Shown here in pieces: positions 51,601 through 64,000 of a DNA stretch of 64,000 nt. Position 1 is the stretch's first letter; every line of letters begins with the position of its first letter. The stretch is from Lingula anatina (taxonomy: Eukaryota; Animalia; Brachiopoda). The notes below the pieces were generated by a model. That model ran no database searches, had not been told where the DNA came from, and saw only the letters and a list, made by a program, of their open reading frames with translations. The stretch is taken from the NCBI GenBank assembly GCA_051362555.1, contig CM120644.1, positions 2,116,954 through 2,180,953 of the forward strand. Reading direction: 5' to 3'. The translations under genes and the position numbers were made by a program.

Positions 51601-52896
51601 GCAGACTTTCTTTAATTTATTGTTTCTTAAACAATTTTCATTTTTGACAGAGGTCGGAGGGGGTGAAAGTTATATTTCAAAATCATGACTTTTTGGTAAC
51701 TCACTTTCAACACTACATTAGACAATGGTAAAAACTAAAACAGAGAACAGCAATTTCTTCTCAATATTTTATTTGTCTAAATAAATGTCAATTCTACAAA
51801 TCATTCTTGTTAATTACAAAATAATAATAAAAAACATGCTTTTACGCTGCTGGTTCCCTCTTGAAACACTCCACATGTAACGCAAGTTGTGCAGTTGATA
51901 TGTTCATTTCTGACAGAAAGCAGTCAATAAAATTGCCTAAAACATCTGTAACACTGACCGGACAGACCATTTTGCATAATAATTTTGGTCCCTACTTCAC
52001 TATAAACTGAGCCACACAACAGTGGTCAAATTCCTGCTTAAATCAAGACGGCTACTCCAGCACACTTTCCCGCCATTTTGCATTAATTTGACACATGTAG
52101 TAGTAAGTGTAGTGTAAAATATCAACGAAGTACTGATTGGCTTAAAAACCGGAAGCTAGAGGAAATGAACCAAGCGTTTACCTTGGCACAAATGGCCTTC
52201 GTTAAACTTGTAGGCAGTCATGTGACGTGAGAGTGCCGTGAAACTTATTAACTTATTAGTTTTCGCATTTATGTTATTCCGATTGAACAGTATGATTAGT
52301 CGGACGTCGGTGAAAAAAGGGAAATTATTTTTGGTTTAAATTTTATTTATTTATTTTTCTTTTTTGGCCATTTTAAAGTCGGCTCACTGACTCACTTAGT
52401 CAAAGTTATGCCTGGGTTGCATCACAGTTAGCGGGAAACTGGACCTGCACTATTATAGACCACAATACCGTGACATATCACCGACTCGTTGACAAAGGTA
52501 TCATTTACAAGAAATCAGTAAATCAATGTGAATTACTCTTAAACTTCCCATTCTAACCAGGGCAAAGGGTCGCGTCGCAGCGTAACAGAGGACGATTTAA
52601 TAGCCCACAATTAAGCAAGATCATATATCACGCCTCTTTTCAAACATGATTGTGTTGCCGTAAGGCGAGAAACACCCCGCCGTCACCCTATTTGCATAAG
52701 CCCACCCCTTTTTACTCATCGCTGCATGTGTGTAAGGTGTACGTAAGATGTGAGTAAGATGTACGTAAGTCGGCATTGTCCTTTAGCCTACGGATTTTCA
52801 CACAATTCTTTTGTCCTCTTAAGGGGCGTACGTAAGACAACTTAATCGTTTTTGGAGTAAGCGTATCCGTAATGTCACCTTCTCTGCACAAAACTG

Positions 52897-55800
52897 TACA
52901 GGTGAAGGTGATACCTCTGCCCCTACAACAACGAGGTCTACTGTACAAACTACAGGTGAAGGTGATACTTCTGCCCCTACAACAACGACGTCTACTGTGA
53001 AAACTACAGGTGAAGATGATACCTCTGCCCCCACAACAACAACGTCTGTTTCTACTGTACAAACTACAGGTGAAGGTGATACCTCTGCCCCTACAACGAC
53101 GTATACTGTACAAACTACAGGTGAAGGTGATACGTTTGCAGCTACAACAACGACATCTACTGTGAAAACTACAGGTGAAGGTGATACCTCTGCCCCTACA
53201 ACAACAACGTCTACTGTAAAAACTACAGGTGAAGGTGATACCTCTGCCCCTTCAACAACGACGTCTACTGTACAAACTACAGGTGAACGCGATACCGCTG
53301 CCCCTACAACAACAACGTGTACTGTACAAACTACAGGTGAAGGTGATACCTCTGCCCCTACAACAACGACGTCTACTGTGAAAACTACAGGTGAAGGTGA
53401 TACCTCTGCCCCTACAACAACGACGTCTACTGTGAAAACTACAGGTGAAGGTGATACCTCTGCCCCTACAACAACGATGTCTACTGTACAAACTACAGGT
53501 GAAGGTGATACCTCTACCCCTACAACAACGACGTCTACTGTGAAAACTACAGGTGAAGATGATACCTCTGCCCCCACAACAACAACGTCTGTTACTACTG
53601 TACAAACTACAGGTGATGGTGATACCTCTGCCCCTACAACAACGACATCTACTGTAAAAACTTCAGGTGAAGGTGATACCTCTACCCCTACAACAACGAC
53701 GTCTACTGAACAAACTACAGATGAAGGTGATACCTCTACCCCTACAACAACGACGTCTACTGAACAAACTACAGATGAAGGTGATACCTCTGCCCCTACA
53801 ACAATGACGTCTACTGTGAAAACTACAGGTGAAGGTGATACCTCTGCCCCTACAACAACGATGTCTACTGTACAAACTACAGGTGAAGATGATACATCTG
53901 CCCCTACAACAACGACGTCTACTGTGAAAACTACAGGTGAAGGTGATACCTCTGCCCCTACAACAACGACGTCTACTGTGAAAACTACAGGTGAAGGTGA
54001 AACCTTTGTCCCTACAACAACGACGTCTATTGTACAAACTACAGGTGAAGGTGATACCTCTGCCCCAACAACAACGACGTCTGTTACTACTGTACAAACA
54101 ACAGGTGAAGGTGATACCTCTGCCTCTACAACAACGACGTCTACTGTACAAACTACAGGTGAAGGTGATACCTCTGCCCCTACAACAACGACGTCTACTG
54201 TGAAAACTACAGGTGAAGATGATACCTCTGCCCCTACAACAATGACGTCTACTGTGAAAACTACAGGTGAAGGTGATACCTCTGCCCCTACAACAACGAC
54301 GTCTGTTACTACTGTAAAAACAACAGGTGAAGGTGATACCTCTGCCTCTACAACAACGACGTCTACTGAACAAACTACAGATGAAGGTGATACCTCTGCC
54401 CCAACAACAACGATGTCTACTGTGAAAACTACAGGTGAAGATGATACCTCTGCCCCTACAACAATGACGTCTACTGTGAAAACTACAGGTGAAGTTGATA
54501 CCTCTGCCCCTACAACAACGACGTCTACTGTGAAAACTACAGGTGAAGGTGATACCTCTGCCCCTACAACAACGATGTCTACTGTACAAACTACAGGTGA
54601 AGGTGATACATCTGCCCCTACAACAACGACGTCTACTGTGAAAACTACAGGTGAAGGTGATACCTCTGCCCCTACAACAACGATGTCTACTGTGAAAACT
54701 ACAGGTGAAGGTGAAACCTTTGTCCCTACAACAACGACGTCTATTATACAAACTACAGGTGAAGGTGATACCTCTGCCCCAACAACAACGACGTCTGTTA
54801 CTACTGTACAAACAACAGGTGAAGGTGATACCTCTGCCTCTACAACAACAACGTCTACTGTACAAACTACAGATGAAGGTGATACCTCTGCCCTTTCAAG
54901 AACGACGTCTACTGTAAAAACTACAGGTGACAGTGATACCTCTGTCCCTACAACAACGACGTCTACTGTACAAACTACAGGTGAAGGTGATACCTCTGCC
55001 CCTACAACGACGACGTCTACTATACAAACTACAGGTGAAGGTGATACGTCTGCCCCTACAACAACGACGTCTACTGTGAAAACTACAGGTGAAGGTGATA
55101 CCTCTGCCCCTACAACAACGACTTCTACTGTAAAAACTACAGGTGAAGGTGATACCTCTGCCCCTACAACAACGACGTCTACTGTGAAAACTACAGGTGA
55201 AGGTGATACCTCTGCCCCTACAACAAAGACTTCTACTGTAAAAACTACAGATAAAGTTGATACCTCTGCCCCTACAACAACAACGTCTACTTTGAAAATT
55301 ACAGGTGAAGGTGATACCTCTGCCCCTACAACAACGACGTCTTCTGTAAAAACTACAGGTGAAGGTTATACCTCTGCCCCTACAACAACGACGTCTACTG
55401 TACAAACTACAGATGAAGGTGATACCTCTGCCCCAACAACAACGACGTCTACTGTGAAAACTACAGGTGAAGATGATACCTCTGCCCCTACAACAATGAC
55501 GTCTACTGTGAAAACTACAGATGAAGGTGATACCTCTGTCCCAACAACAACGACGTCTACTGTGAAAACTACAGGTGAAGGTGATACCTCTGCCCCTACA
55601 ACAACGATGTCTACTGTACAAACTACAGGTGAAGGTGATACATCTGCCCCTAGAACAACGACGTCTACTGTGAAAACTACAGGTGAAGGTGATACCTTTG
55701 CCCCTACAACAACGACGTCTACCATACAAACTACAGGTGAAGGTGATACCTCAGCCCCAACAACAACGACGTCTGTTACTACTGTACAAACTACAGGTGA

Positions 55801-58800
55801 AGGTGATACCTCTGCCCCTACAACAATGACGTCTACTGTGAAAACTACAGATGAAGGTGATACCTCTGTCCCAACAACAACGACGTCTACTGTGAAAACT
55901 ACAGGTGAAGGTGATACCTCTGCCCCTACAACAACGATGTCTACTGTACAAACTACAGGTGAAGGTGATACATCTGCCCCTAGAACAACGACGTCTACTG
56001 TGAAAACTACAGGTGAAGGTGATACCTCTGCCCCTACAACAACGACGTCTACCATACAAACTACAGGTGAAGGTGATACCTCAGCCCCAACAACAACGAC
56101 GTCTGTTACTACTGTACAAACTACAGGTGAAGGTGATACCTCTGCCCCTACAACAACGACATCTACTGTAAAAACTACAGGTGAAGGTGATACCTCTACC
56201 CCTACAACAACGACGTCTACTGTACAAACTACAGATGAAGGTGATACCTCTGCCCCAACAACAACGACGTCTACTGTGAAAACTACAGGTGAAGATGATA
56301 CATCTGCCCCTACAACAATGACGTCTACTGTGAAAACTACAGATGAAGGTGATACCTCTGTCCCAACAACAACAACGTCTACTGTGAAAACTACAGGTGA
56401 AGGTGATACCTCTGCCCCTAGAACAAAGACGTCTACTGTGAAAACTACAGGTGAAGGTGATACCTCTGCCCCTACAACAACGACGTCTACCATACAAACT
56501 ACAGGTGAAGGTGATACCTCAGCCCCAACAACAACGACGTCTGTTACTACTGTACAAACTACAGGTGAAGGTGATACGTCTGCCCCTACAACAACGACGT
56601 CTACTGTGAAAACTACAGGTGAAGGTGATACCTCTGCCCCTACAACAACGACTTCTACTGTAAAAACTACAGGTGAAGGTGATACCTCTGCCCCTACAAC
56701 AACGACGTCTATTGTGAAAACTACAGGTGAAGGTGATACCTCTGCCCCTACAACAACGACGTCTACTGTAAAAACTACAGATAAAGGTGATACCTCTGCC
56801 CCTACAACAACGACGTCTACTGTACAAACTACAGGTGAAGGTGATACCTCTGCCCCTACAACAACGACGTCTACTGTAAAAACTACAGGTGAAGGTTATA
56901 CCTCTGCCCCTACAATAACGACGTCTACTGTACAAACTACAGGTGAAGGTGATACGTGTGCCCCTACAACAACGACGTCTACTGTAAAAACTACAGGTGA
57001 AGGTGATACCTCTGCCCCCACAACAACAACGTCTGTTACTACTGTACAAACTACAGGTGAAGGTGATACCTCTGCACCTACAACAACGACATCTACTGTA
57101 AAAACTACAGGTGAAGGTGATACCTCTACCCCTACAACAACGACGTCTACTGTGAAAACTACAGATGAAGGTGATACCTCTGCCCCAACAACAACGACGT
57201 CTACTGTGAAAACTACAGGTGAAGATGATACCTCTGCCCCTACAACAATGACGTCTACTGTGAAAACTACAGATGAAGGTGATACCTCTGTCCCAACAAC
57301 AACGACGTCTACTGTGAAAACTACAGGTGAAGGTGATACCTCTGCCCCTACAACAACGATGTCTACTGTACAAACTACAGGTGAAAGTGATACATCTGCC
57401 CCTAGAACAACGACGTCTACTGTGAAAACTACAGGTGAAGGTTATACCTCTGCCCCTACAACAACGACGTCTACCATACAAACTACAGGTGAAGGTGATA
57501 CCTCAGCCCCAACAACAACGACGTCTGTTACTACTGTACAAACAACAGGTGAAGGTGATACCTCTGCCTCTACAACAACGACGTCTACTGTACAAACTAC
57601 AGGTGAAGGTGATACCTCTGCCCTTTCAAGAATGACGTCTACTGTAAAAACTACAGGTGAAGGTGATACCTCTGTCCCTACAACAACGACGTCTACTGTA
57701 CAAACTACAGGTGTAGGTGATACCTCTGCCCCAACAACAACGACGTCTGTTACTACTGTACAAACAACAGGTGAAGGTGATACCTCTGCTTCTACAACAA
57801 CGACGTCTACTGTACAAACTACAGGTGAAGGTGATACGTCTGCCCCTACAAAAACGACGTCTACTGTGAAAACTACAGGTGAAGGTGATACCTCTGCCCC
57901 AACAACAACGACTTCTACTGTAAAAACTACAGGTGAAGGTGATACCTCTGCCCCTACAACAACAACGTCTACTGTGAAAAGTACAGGTGAAAGTGATACC
58001 ACTGCCCCTACAACAACGACTTCTACGGTAAAAACTACAGATAAAGGTGATACCTCTGCCCCTACAACAACAACGTCTACTGTGAAAATTACAGGTGAAG
58101 GTGATACCTCTGCCCCTACAACAACGACGTCTTCTGTAAAAACTACAGGTGAAGGTTATACCTCTGCCCCTACAACAACGACGTCTACTGTACAAACTAC
58201 AGGTGAAGGTGATACGTCTGCCCCTTCAACAACGACGTCTACTGTAAAAACTACAGGTGAAGGTGATACCTCTGCCCCCACAACAACAACGTCTGTTACT
58301 ACTGTACAAACTACAGGTGAAGATGATACCTCTGCCCCTACAACAATGACGTCCACTGTGAAAACTACAGGTGAAGGTGATACCTCTGCCCCTACAACAA
58401 CAATGTCTACTGTGAAAACTACAGGTGAAGGTGATACCTCTGCCCCTACAACAACGATGTCTACTGTACAAACTACAGGTGAAGGTGATACCTCTGCCCC
58501 TAAAACAACGACGTCTACTGTGAAAACTACAGGTGAAGGTGATACCTCTGCCCCTACAACAACAACGTCCACTGTGAAAACTACAGGTGAAGGTGATACC
58601 TCTGTCCCTACAACAACGACGTCTATTGTAAAAACTACAGGTGAAGGTGATACCTCTGCCCCTACAACAACGACGTCTACTGTGAAAACTACAGGTGAAG
58701 GTGATAGCTCTGCCCCTACAACAACGACGTCTACTGTACAAACTACAGGTGAAGGTGATACCTCTGCCCCTACAACAACGACGTCTACTGTAAAAACTAC

Positions 58801-61800
58801 AGGTGAAGGTGATACCTCTGCCCCTACAACAACGACGTCTACTGTGATAACTACAGGTGAAGGTGATACCTCTGCCCCTACAACAACGACGTCTACTGTA
58901 CAAACGACAGGTGAAGGTGATACCTCTGCCCCAACAACAACGACGTCTGTTACTACTGTACAAACAACAGGTGAAGGTGATACCTCTGCTTCTACAACAA
59001 CGACGTCTACTGTACAAACTACAGGTGAAGGTGATACGTCTGCCCCTACAAAAACGACGTCTACTGTGAAAACTACAGGTGAAGGTGATACCTCTGCCCC
59101 TACAACAACGACTTCTACTGTAAAAACTACAGGTGAAGGTGATACCTCTGCCCCTACAACAACAACGTCTACTGTGAAAAGTACAGGTGAAAGTGATACC
59201 ACTGCCCCTACAACAACGACTTCTACGGTAAAAACTACAGATAAAGGTGATACCTCTGCCCCTACAACAACAACGTCTACTGTGAAAATTACAGGTGAAG
59301 GTGATACCTCTGCCCCTACAACAACGACGTCTTCTGTAAAAACTACAGGTGAAGGTTATACCTCTGCCCCTACAACAACGACGTCTACTGTACAAACTAC
59401 AGGTGAAGGTGATACGTCTGCCCCTTCAACAACGACGTCTACTGTAAAAACTACAGGTGAAGGTGATACCTCTGCCCCCACAACAACAACGTCTGTTACT
59501 ACTGTACAAACTACAGGTGAAGATGATACCTCTGCCCCTACAACAATGACGTCCACTGTGAAAACTACAGGTGAAGGTGATACCTCTGCCCCTACAACAA
59601 CAATGTCTACTGTGAAAACTACAGGTGAAGGTGATACCTCTGCCCCTACAACAACGATGTCTACTGTACAAACTACAGGTGAAGGTGATACCTCTGCCCC
59701 TAAAACAACGACGTCTACTGTGAAAACTACAGGTGAAGGTGATACCTCTGCCCCTACAACAACGACGTCTACTGTGATAACTACAGGTGAAGGTGATACC
59801 TCTGCCCCTACAACAACGACATCTACTGTACAAACGACAGGTGAAGGTGATACCTCTGCCCCAACAACAACGACGTCTGTTACTACTGTACAAACTACAG
59901 GTGAAGGTGATACCTCTGCCCCTACAACAATGACGTCTACTGTGAAAACTACAGATGAAGGTGATACCTCTGTCCCAACAACAACGATGTCTACTGTACA
60001 AACTACAGGTGAAGGTGATACATCTGCCCCTAGAACAACGACGTCTACTGTGAAAACTACAGGTGAAGGTGATACCTCTGCCCCTACAACAACGACGTCT
60101 ACCATACAAACTACAGGTGAAGGTGATACCTCAGCCCCAACAACAACGACGTCTGTTACTACTGTACAAACTACAGGTGAAGGTGATACCTCTGCCCCTA
60201 CAACAACGACATCTACTGTAAAAACTACAGGTGAAGGTGATACCTCTACCCCTACAACAACGACGTCTACTGTACAAACTACAGATGAAGGTGATACCTC
60301 TGCCCCAACAACAACGACGTCTACTGTGAAAACTACAGGTGAAGATGATACATCTGCCCCTACAACAATGACGTCTACTGTGAAAACTACAGATGAAGGT
60401 GATACCTCTGTCCCAACAACAACAACGTCTACTGTGAAAACTACAGGTGAAGGTGATACCTCTGCCCCTAGAACAAAGACGTCTACTGTGAAAACTACAG
60501 GTGAAGGTGATACCTCTGCCCCTACAACAACGACGTCTACCATACAAACTACAGGTGAAGGTGATACCTCAGCCCCAACAACAACGACGTCTGTTACTAC
60601 TGTACAAACTACAGGTGAAGGTGATACGTCTGCCCCTACAACAACGACGTCTACTGTGAAAACTACAGGTGAAGGTGATACCTCTGCCCCTACAACAACG
60701 ACTTCTACTGTAAAAACTACAGGTGAAGGTGATACCTCTGCCCCTACAACAACGACGTCTATTGTGAAAACTACAGGTGAAGGTGATACCTCTGCCCCTA
60801 CAACAAAGACTTCTACTGTAAAAACTACAGATAAAGGTGATACCTCTGCCCCTACAACAACAACGTCTACTGTGAAAATTACAGGTGAAGGTGATACCTC
60901 TGCCCCTACAACAACGACGTCTTCTGTAAAAACTACAGGTGAAGGTTATACCTCTGCCCCTACAATAACGACGTCTACTGTACAAACTACAGGTGAAGGT
61001 GATACGTGTGCCCCTACAACAACGACGTCTACTGTAAAAACTACAGGTGAAGGTGATACCTCTGCCCCCACAACAACAACGTCTGTTACTACTGTACAAA
61101 CTACAGGTGAAGGTGATACCTCTGCCCCTACAACAACGACATCTACTGTAAAAACTAAAGGTGAAGGTGATACCTCTACCCCTACAACAACGACGTCTAC
61201 TGTACAAACTACAGATGAAGGTGATACCTCTGCCCCAACAACAACGACGTCTACTGTGAAAACTACAGGTGAAGATGATACCTCTGCCCCTACAACAATG
61301 ACGTCTACTGTGAAAACTACAGATGAAGGTGATACCTCTGTCCCAACAACAACGACGTCTACTGTGAAAACTACAGGTGAAGGTGATACCTCTGCCCCTA
61401 CAACAACGATGTCTACTGTACAAACTACAGGTGAAAGTGATACATCTGCCCCTAGAACAACGACGTCTACTGTGAAAACTACAGGTGAAGGTTATACCTC
61501 TGCCCCTACAACAACGACGTCTACCATACAAACTACAGGTGAAGGTGATACCTCAGCCCCAACAACAACGACGTCTGTTACTACTGTACAAACAAAAGGT
61601 GAAGGTGATACCTCTGCCTCTACAACAACGACGTCTATTGTACAAACTACAGGTGAAGGTGATACCTCTGCCCTTTCAAGAATGACGTCTACTGTAAAAA
61701 CTACAGGTGAAGGTGATACCTCTGTCCCTACAACAACGACGTCTACTGTACAAACTACAGGTGTAGGTGATACCTCTGCCCCAACAACAACGACGTCTGT

Positions 61801-64000
61801 TACTACTGTACAAACAACAGGTGAAGGTGATACCTCTGCTTCTACAACAACGACGTCTACTGTACAAACTACAGGTGAAGGTGATACGTCTGCCCCTACA
61901 AAAACGACGTCTACTGTGAAAACTACAGGTGAAGGTGATACCTCTGCCCCTACAACAACGACTTCTACTGTAAAAACTACAGGTGAAGGTGATACCTCTG
62001 CCCCTACAACAACAACGTCTACTGTGAAAAGTACAGGTGAAAGTGATACCACTGCCCCTACAACAACGACTTCTACGGTAAAAACTACAGATAAAGGTGA
62101 TACCTCTGCCCCTACAACAACAACGTCTACTGTGAAAATTACAGGTGAAGGTGATACCTCTGCCCCTACAACAACGACGTCTTCTGTAAAAACTACAGGT
62201 GAAGGTTATACCTCTGCCCCTACAACAACGACGTCTACTGTACAAACTACAGGTGAAGGTGATACGTCTGCCCCTTCAACAACGACGTCTACTGTAAAAA
62301 CTACAGGTGAAGGTGATACCTCTGCCCCCACAACAACAACGTCTGTTACTACTGTACAAACTACAGGTGAAGATGATACCTCTGCCCCTACAACAATGAC
62401 GTCCACTGTGAAAACTACAGGTGAAGGTGATACCTCTGCCCCTACAACAACAATGTCTACTGTGAAAACTACAGGTGAAGGTGATACCTCTGCCCCTACA
62501 ACAACGATGTCTACTGTACAAACTACAGGTGAAGGTGATACCTCTGCCCCTAAAACAACGACGTCTACTGTGAAAACTACAGGTGAAGGTGATACCTCTG
62601 CCCCTACAACAACAACGTCCACTGTGAAAACTACAGGTGAAGGTGATACCTCTGTCCCTACAACAACGACGTCTATTGTAAAAACTACAGGTGAAGGTGA
62701 TACCTCTGCCCCTACAACAACGACGTCTACTGTGAAAACTACAGGTGAAGGTGATAGCTCTGCCCCTACAACAACGACGTCTACTGTACAAACTACAGGT
62801 GAAGGTGATACCTCTGCCCCTACAACAACGACGTCTACTGTAAAAACTACAGGTGAAGGTGATACCTCTGCCCCTACAACAACGACGTCTACTGTGATAA
62901 CTACAGGTGAAGGTGATACCTCTGCCCCTACAACAACGACGTCTACTGTACAAACGACAGGTGAAGGTGATACCTCTGCCCCAACAACAACGACGTCTGT
63001 TACTACTGTACAAACAACAGGTGAAGGTGATACCTCTGCTTCTACAACAACGACGTCTACTGTACAAACTACAGGTGAAGGTGATACGTCTGCCCCTACA
63101 AAAACGACGTCTACTGTGAAAACTACAGGTGAAGGTGATACCTCTGCCCCTACAACAACGACTTCTACTATAAAAACTACAGGTGAAGGTGATACCTCTG
63201 CCCCTACAACAACAACGTCTACTGTGAAAAGTACAGGTGAAAGTGATACCACTGCCCCTACAACAACGACTTCTACGGTAAAAACTACAGATAAAGGTGA
63301 TACCTCTGCCCCTACAACAACAACGTCTACTGTGAAAATTACAGGTGAAGGTGATACCTCTGCCCCTACAACAACGACGTCTTCTGTAAAAACTACAGGT
63401 GAAGGTTATACCTCTGCCCCTACAACAACGACGTCTACTGTACAAACTACAGGTGAAGGTGATACGTCTGCCCCTTCAACAACGACGTCTACTGTAAAAA
63501 CTACAGGTGAAGGTGATACCTCTGCCCCCACAACAACAACGTCTGTTACTACTGTACAAACTACAGGTGAAGATGATACCTCTGCCCCTACAACAATGAC
63601 GTCCACTGTGAAAACTACAGGTGAAGGTGATACCTCTGCCCCTACAACAACAATGTCTACTGTGAAAACTACAGGTGAAGGTGATACCTCTGCCCCTACA
63701 ACAACGATGTCTACTGTACAAACTACAGGTGAAGGTGATACCTCTGCCCCTAAAACAACGACGTCTACTGTGAAAACTACAGGTGAAGGTGATACCTCTG
63801 CCCCTACAACAACAACGTCCACTGTGAAAACTACAGGTGAAGGTGATACCTCTGTCCCTACAACAACGACGTCTATTGTAAAAACTACAGGTGAAGGTGA
63901 TACCTCTGCCCCTACAACAACGACGTCTACTGTGAAAACTACAGGTGAAGGTGATAGCTCTGCCCCTACAACAACGACGTCTACTGTACAAACTACAGGT
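52897..64000 (+). repeat. 54-bp coding tandem repeat array, right block (about 205 units) with higher-order repeats
   Basis: Same unit as the left block; variant patterns recur at 1200-bp and 4050-bp offsets. Confidence 0.97.
52898..64000 (+). CDS. Mucin gene 2, continuation of the PTS exon; open to the window end (about 3700 codons)
   Basis: The repeat resumes straight after the TA duplication. GGT codons at 52901 and 63998 are in the same frame, and the ORF track lists no stop-terminated ORF in this frame. Confidence 0.8.

Larger units (their letters stand above)
41312..52896. mobile_element. 11,585-bp TIR DNA element (about 5.4 kb without the nested BEL), non-autonomous, TA target duplication, Tc1/mariner-pogo-like termini
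   Basis: 35-bp TIRs CAGTTTTGTGCAGAGAAG(A/G)TGACATTACGGATACG at 41312-41346 and 52862-52896, one mismatch. TA at 41310-11 and 52897-98. Removing the element and one TA regenerates the native repeat aaaacTAcaggtgaagg. Confidence 0.92.

Noticed and set aside
48826-52861. Transposase or Fanzor/TnpB gene within the TIR element
   Set aside because: Only short ORFs (112 aa or less wholly within this interval) with no DDE or RuvC motifs that I can recognise.
25653-63991. Long minus-strand ORFs (VVVGAEVSPSP..., CCRGRGITFTCS...) and alternative plus-frame ORFs (KVIPLPLQQRR...)
   Set aside because: These are shadow frames of a stop-poor 54-bp repeat. Only the Thr-rich frame has an acceptor, an ATG, a signal-like N-terminus and sustained openness.
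25770-64000. CRISPR-like regular array
   Set aside because: Head-to-tail repeats with no unique spacers, an open coding frame, a eukaryotic context and no cas genes.

Overview
Eukaryotic, AT-rich, intron-containing DNA from an animal; the repeat content suggests a marine invertebrate such as a mollusc, but that is inference. The window holds two tandem paralogous mucin genes on the + strand. Gene 1 is complete: 14 coding exons (6536-19513, about 1167 aa) encoding signal peptide, a 19-aa PTS repeat, two SEA-EGF modules, a TM helix and a MUC3/12/17-like tail. Gene 2 starts at 25678 with a giant 54-bp/18-aa repeat exon that runs off the window end. That exon carries two frameshifts and is split by an 11.6-kb TA-duplicating TIR element (41312-52896). 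Nested inside this element is an intact BEL/Pao LTR retrotransposon (42629-48825) with apparently identical LTRs. Introns hold a Tc1 relic and CACTA and Harbinger MITEs, and an L2 LINE tail lies upstream of gene 1. Main candidates: (1) the BEL element has no tRNA primer-binding site, and splicing a predicted 114-nt intron inside its LTR would assemble a sequence complementary to that site (splicing-dependent self-priming); (2) the TIR element carries duplicated TATA-driven, covarying pseudoknot-like RNA cassettes and a hairpin matching its own insertion site; (3) a new consensus splice donor may splice out all lesions of mucin 2 in frame. All alignments and folds were done by eye.
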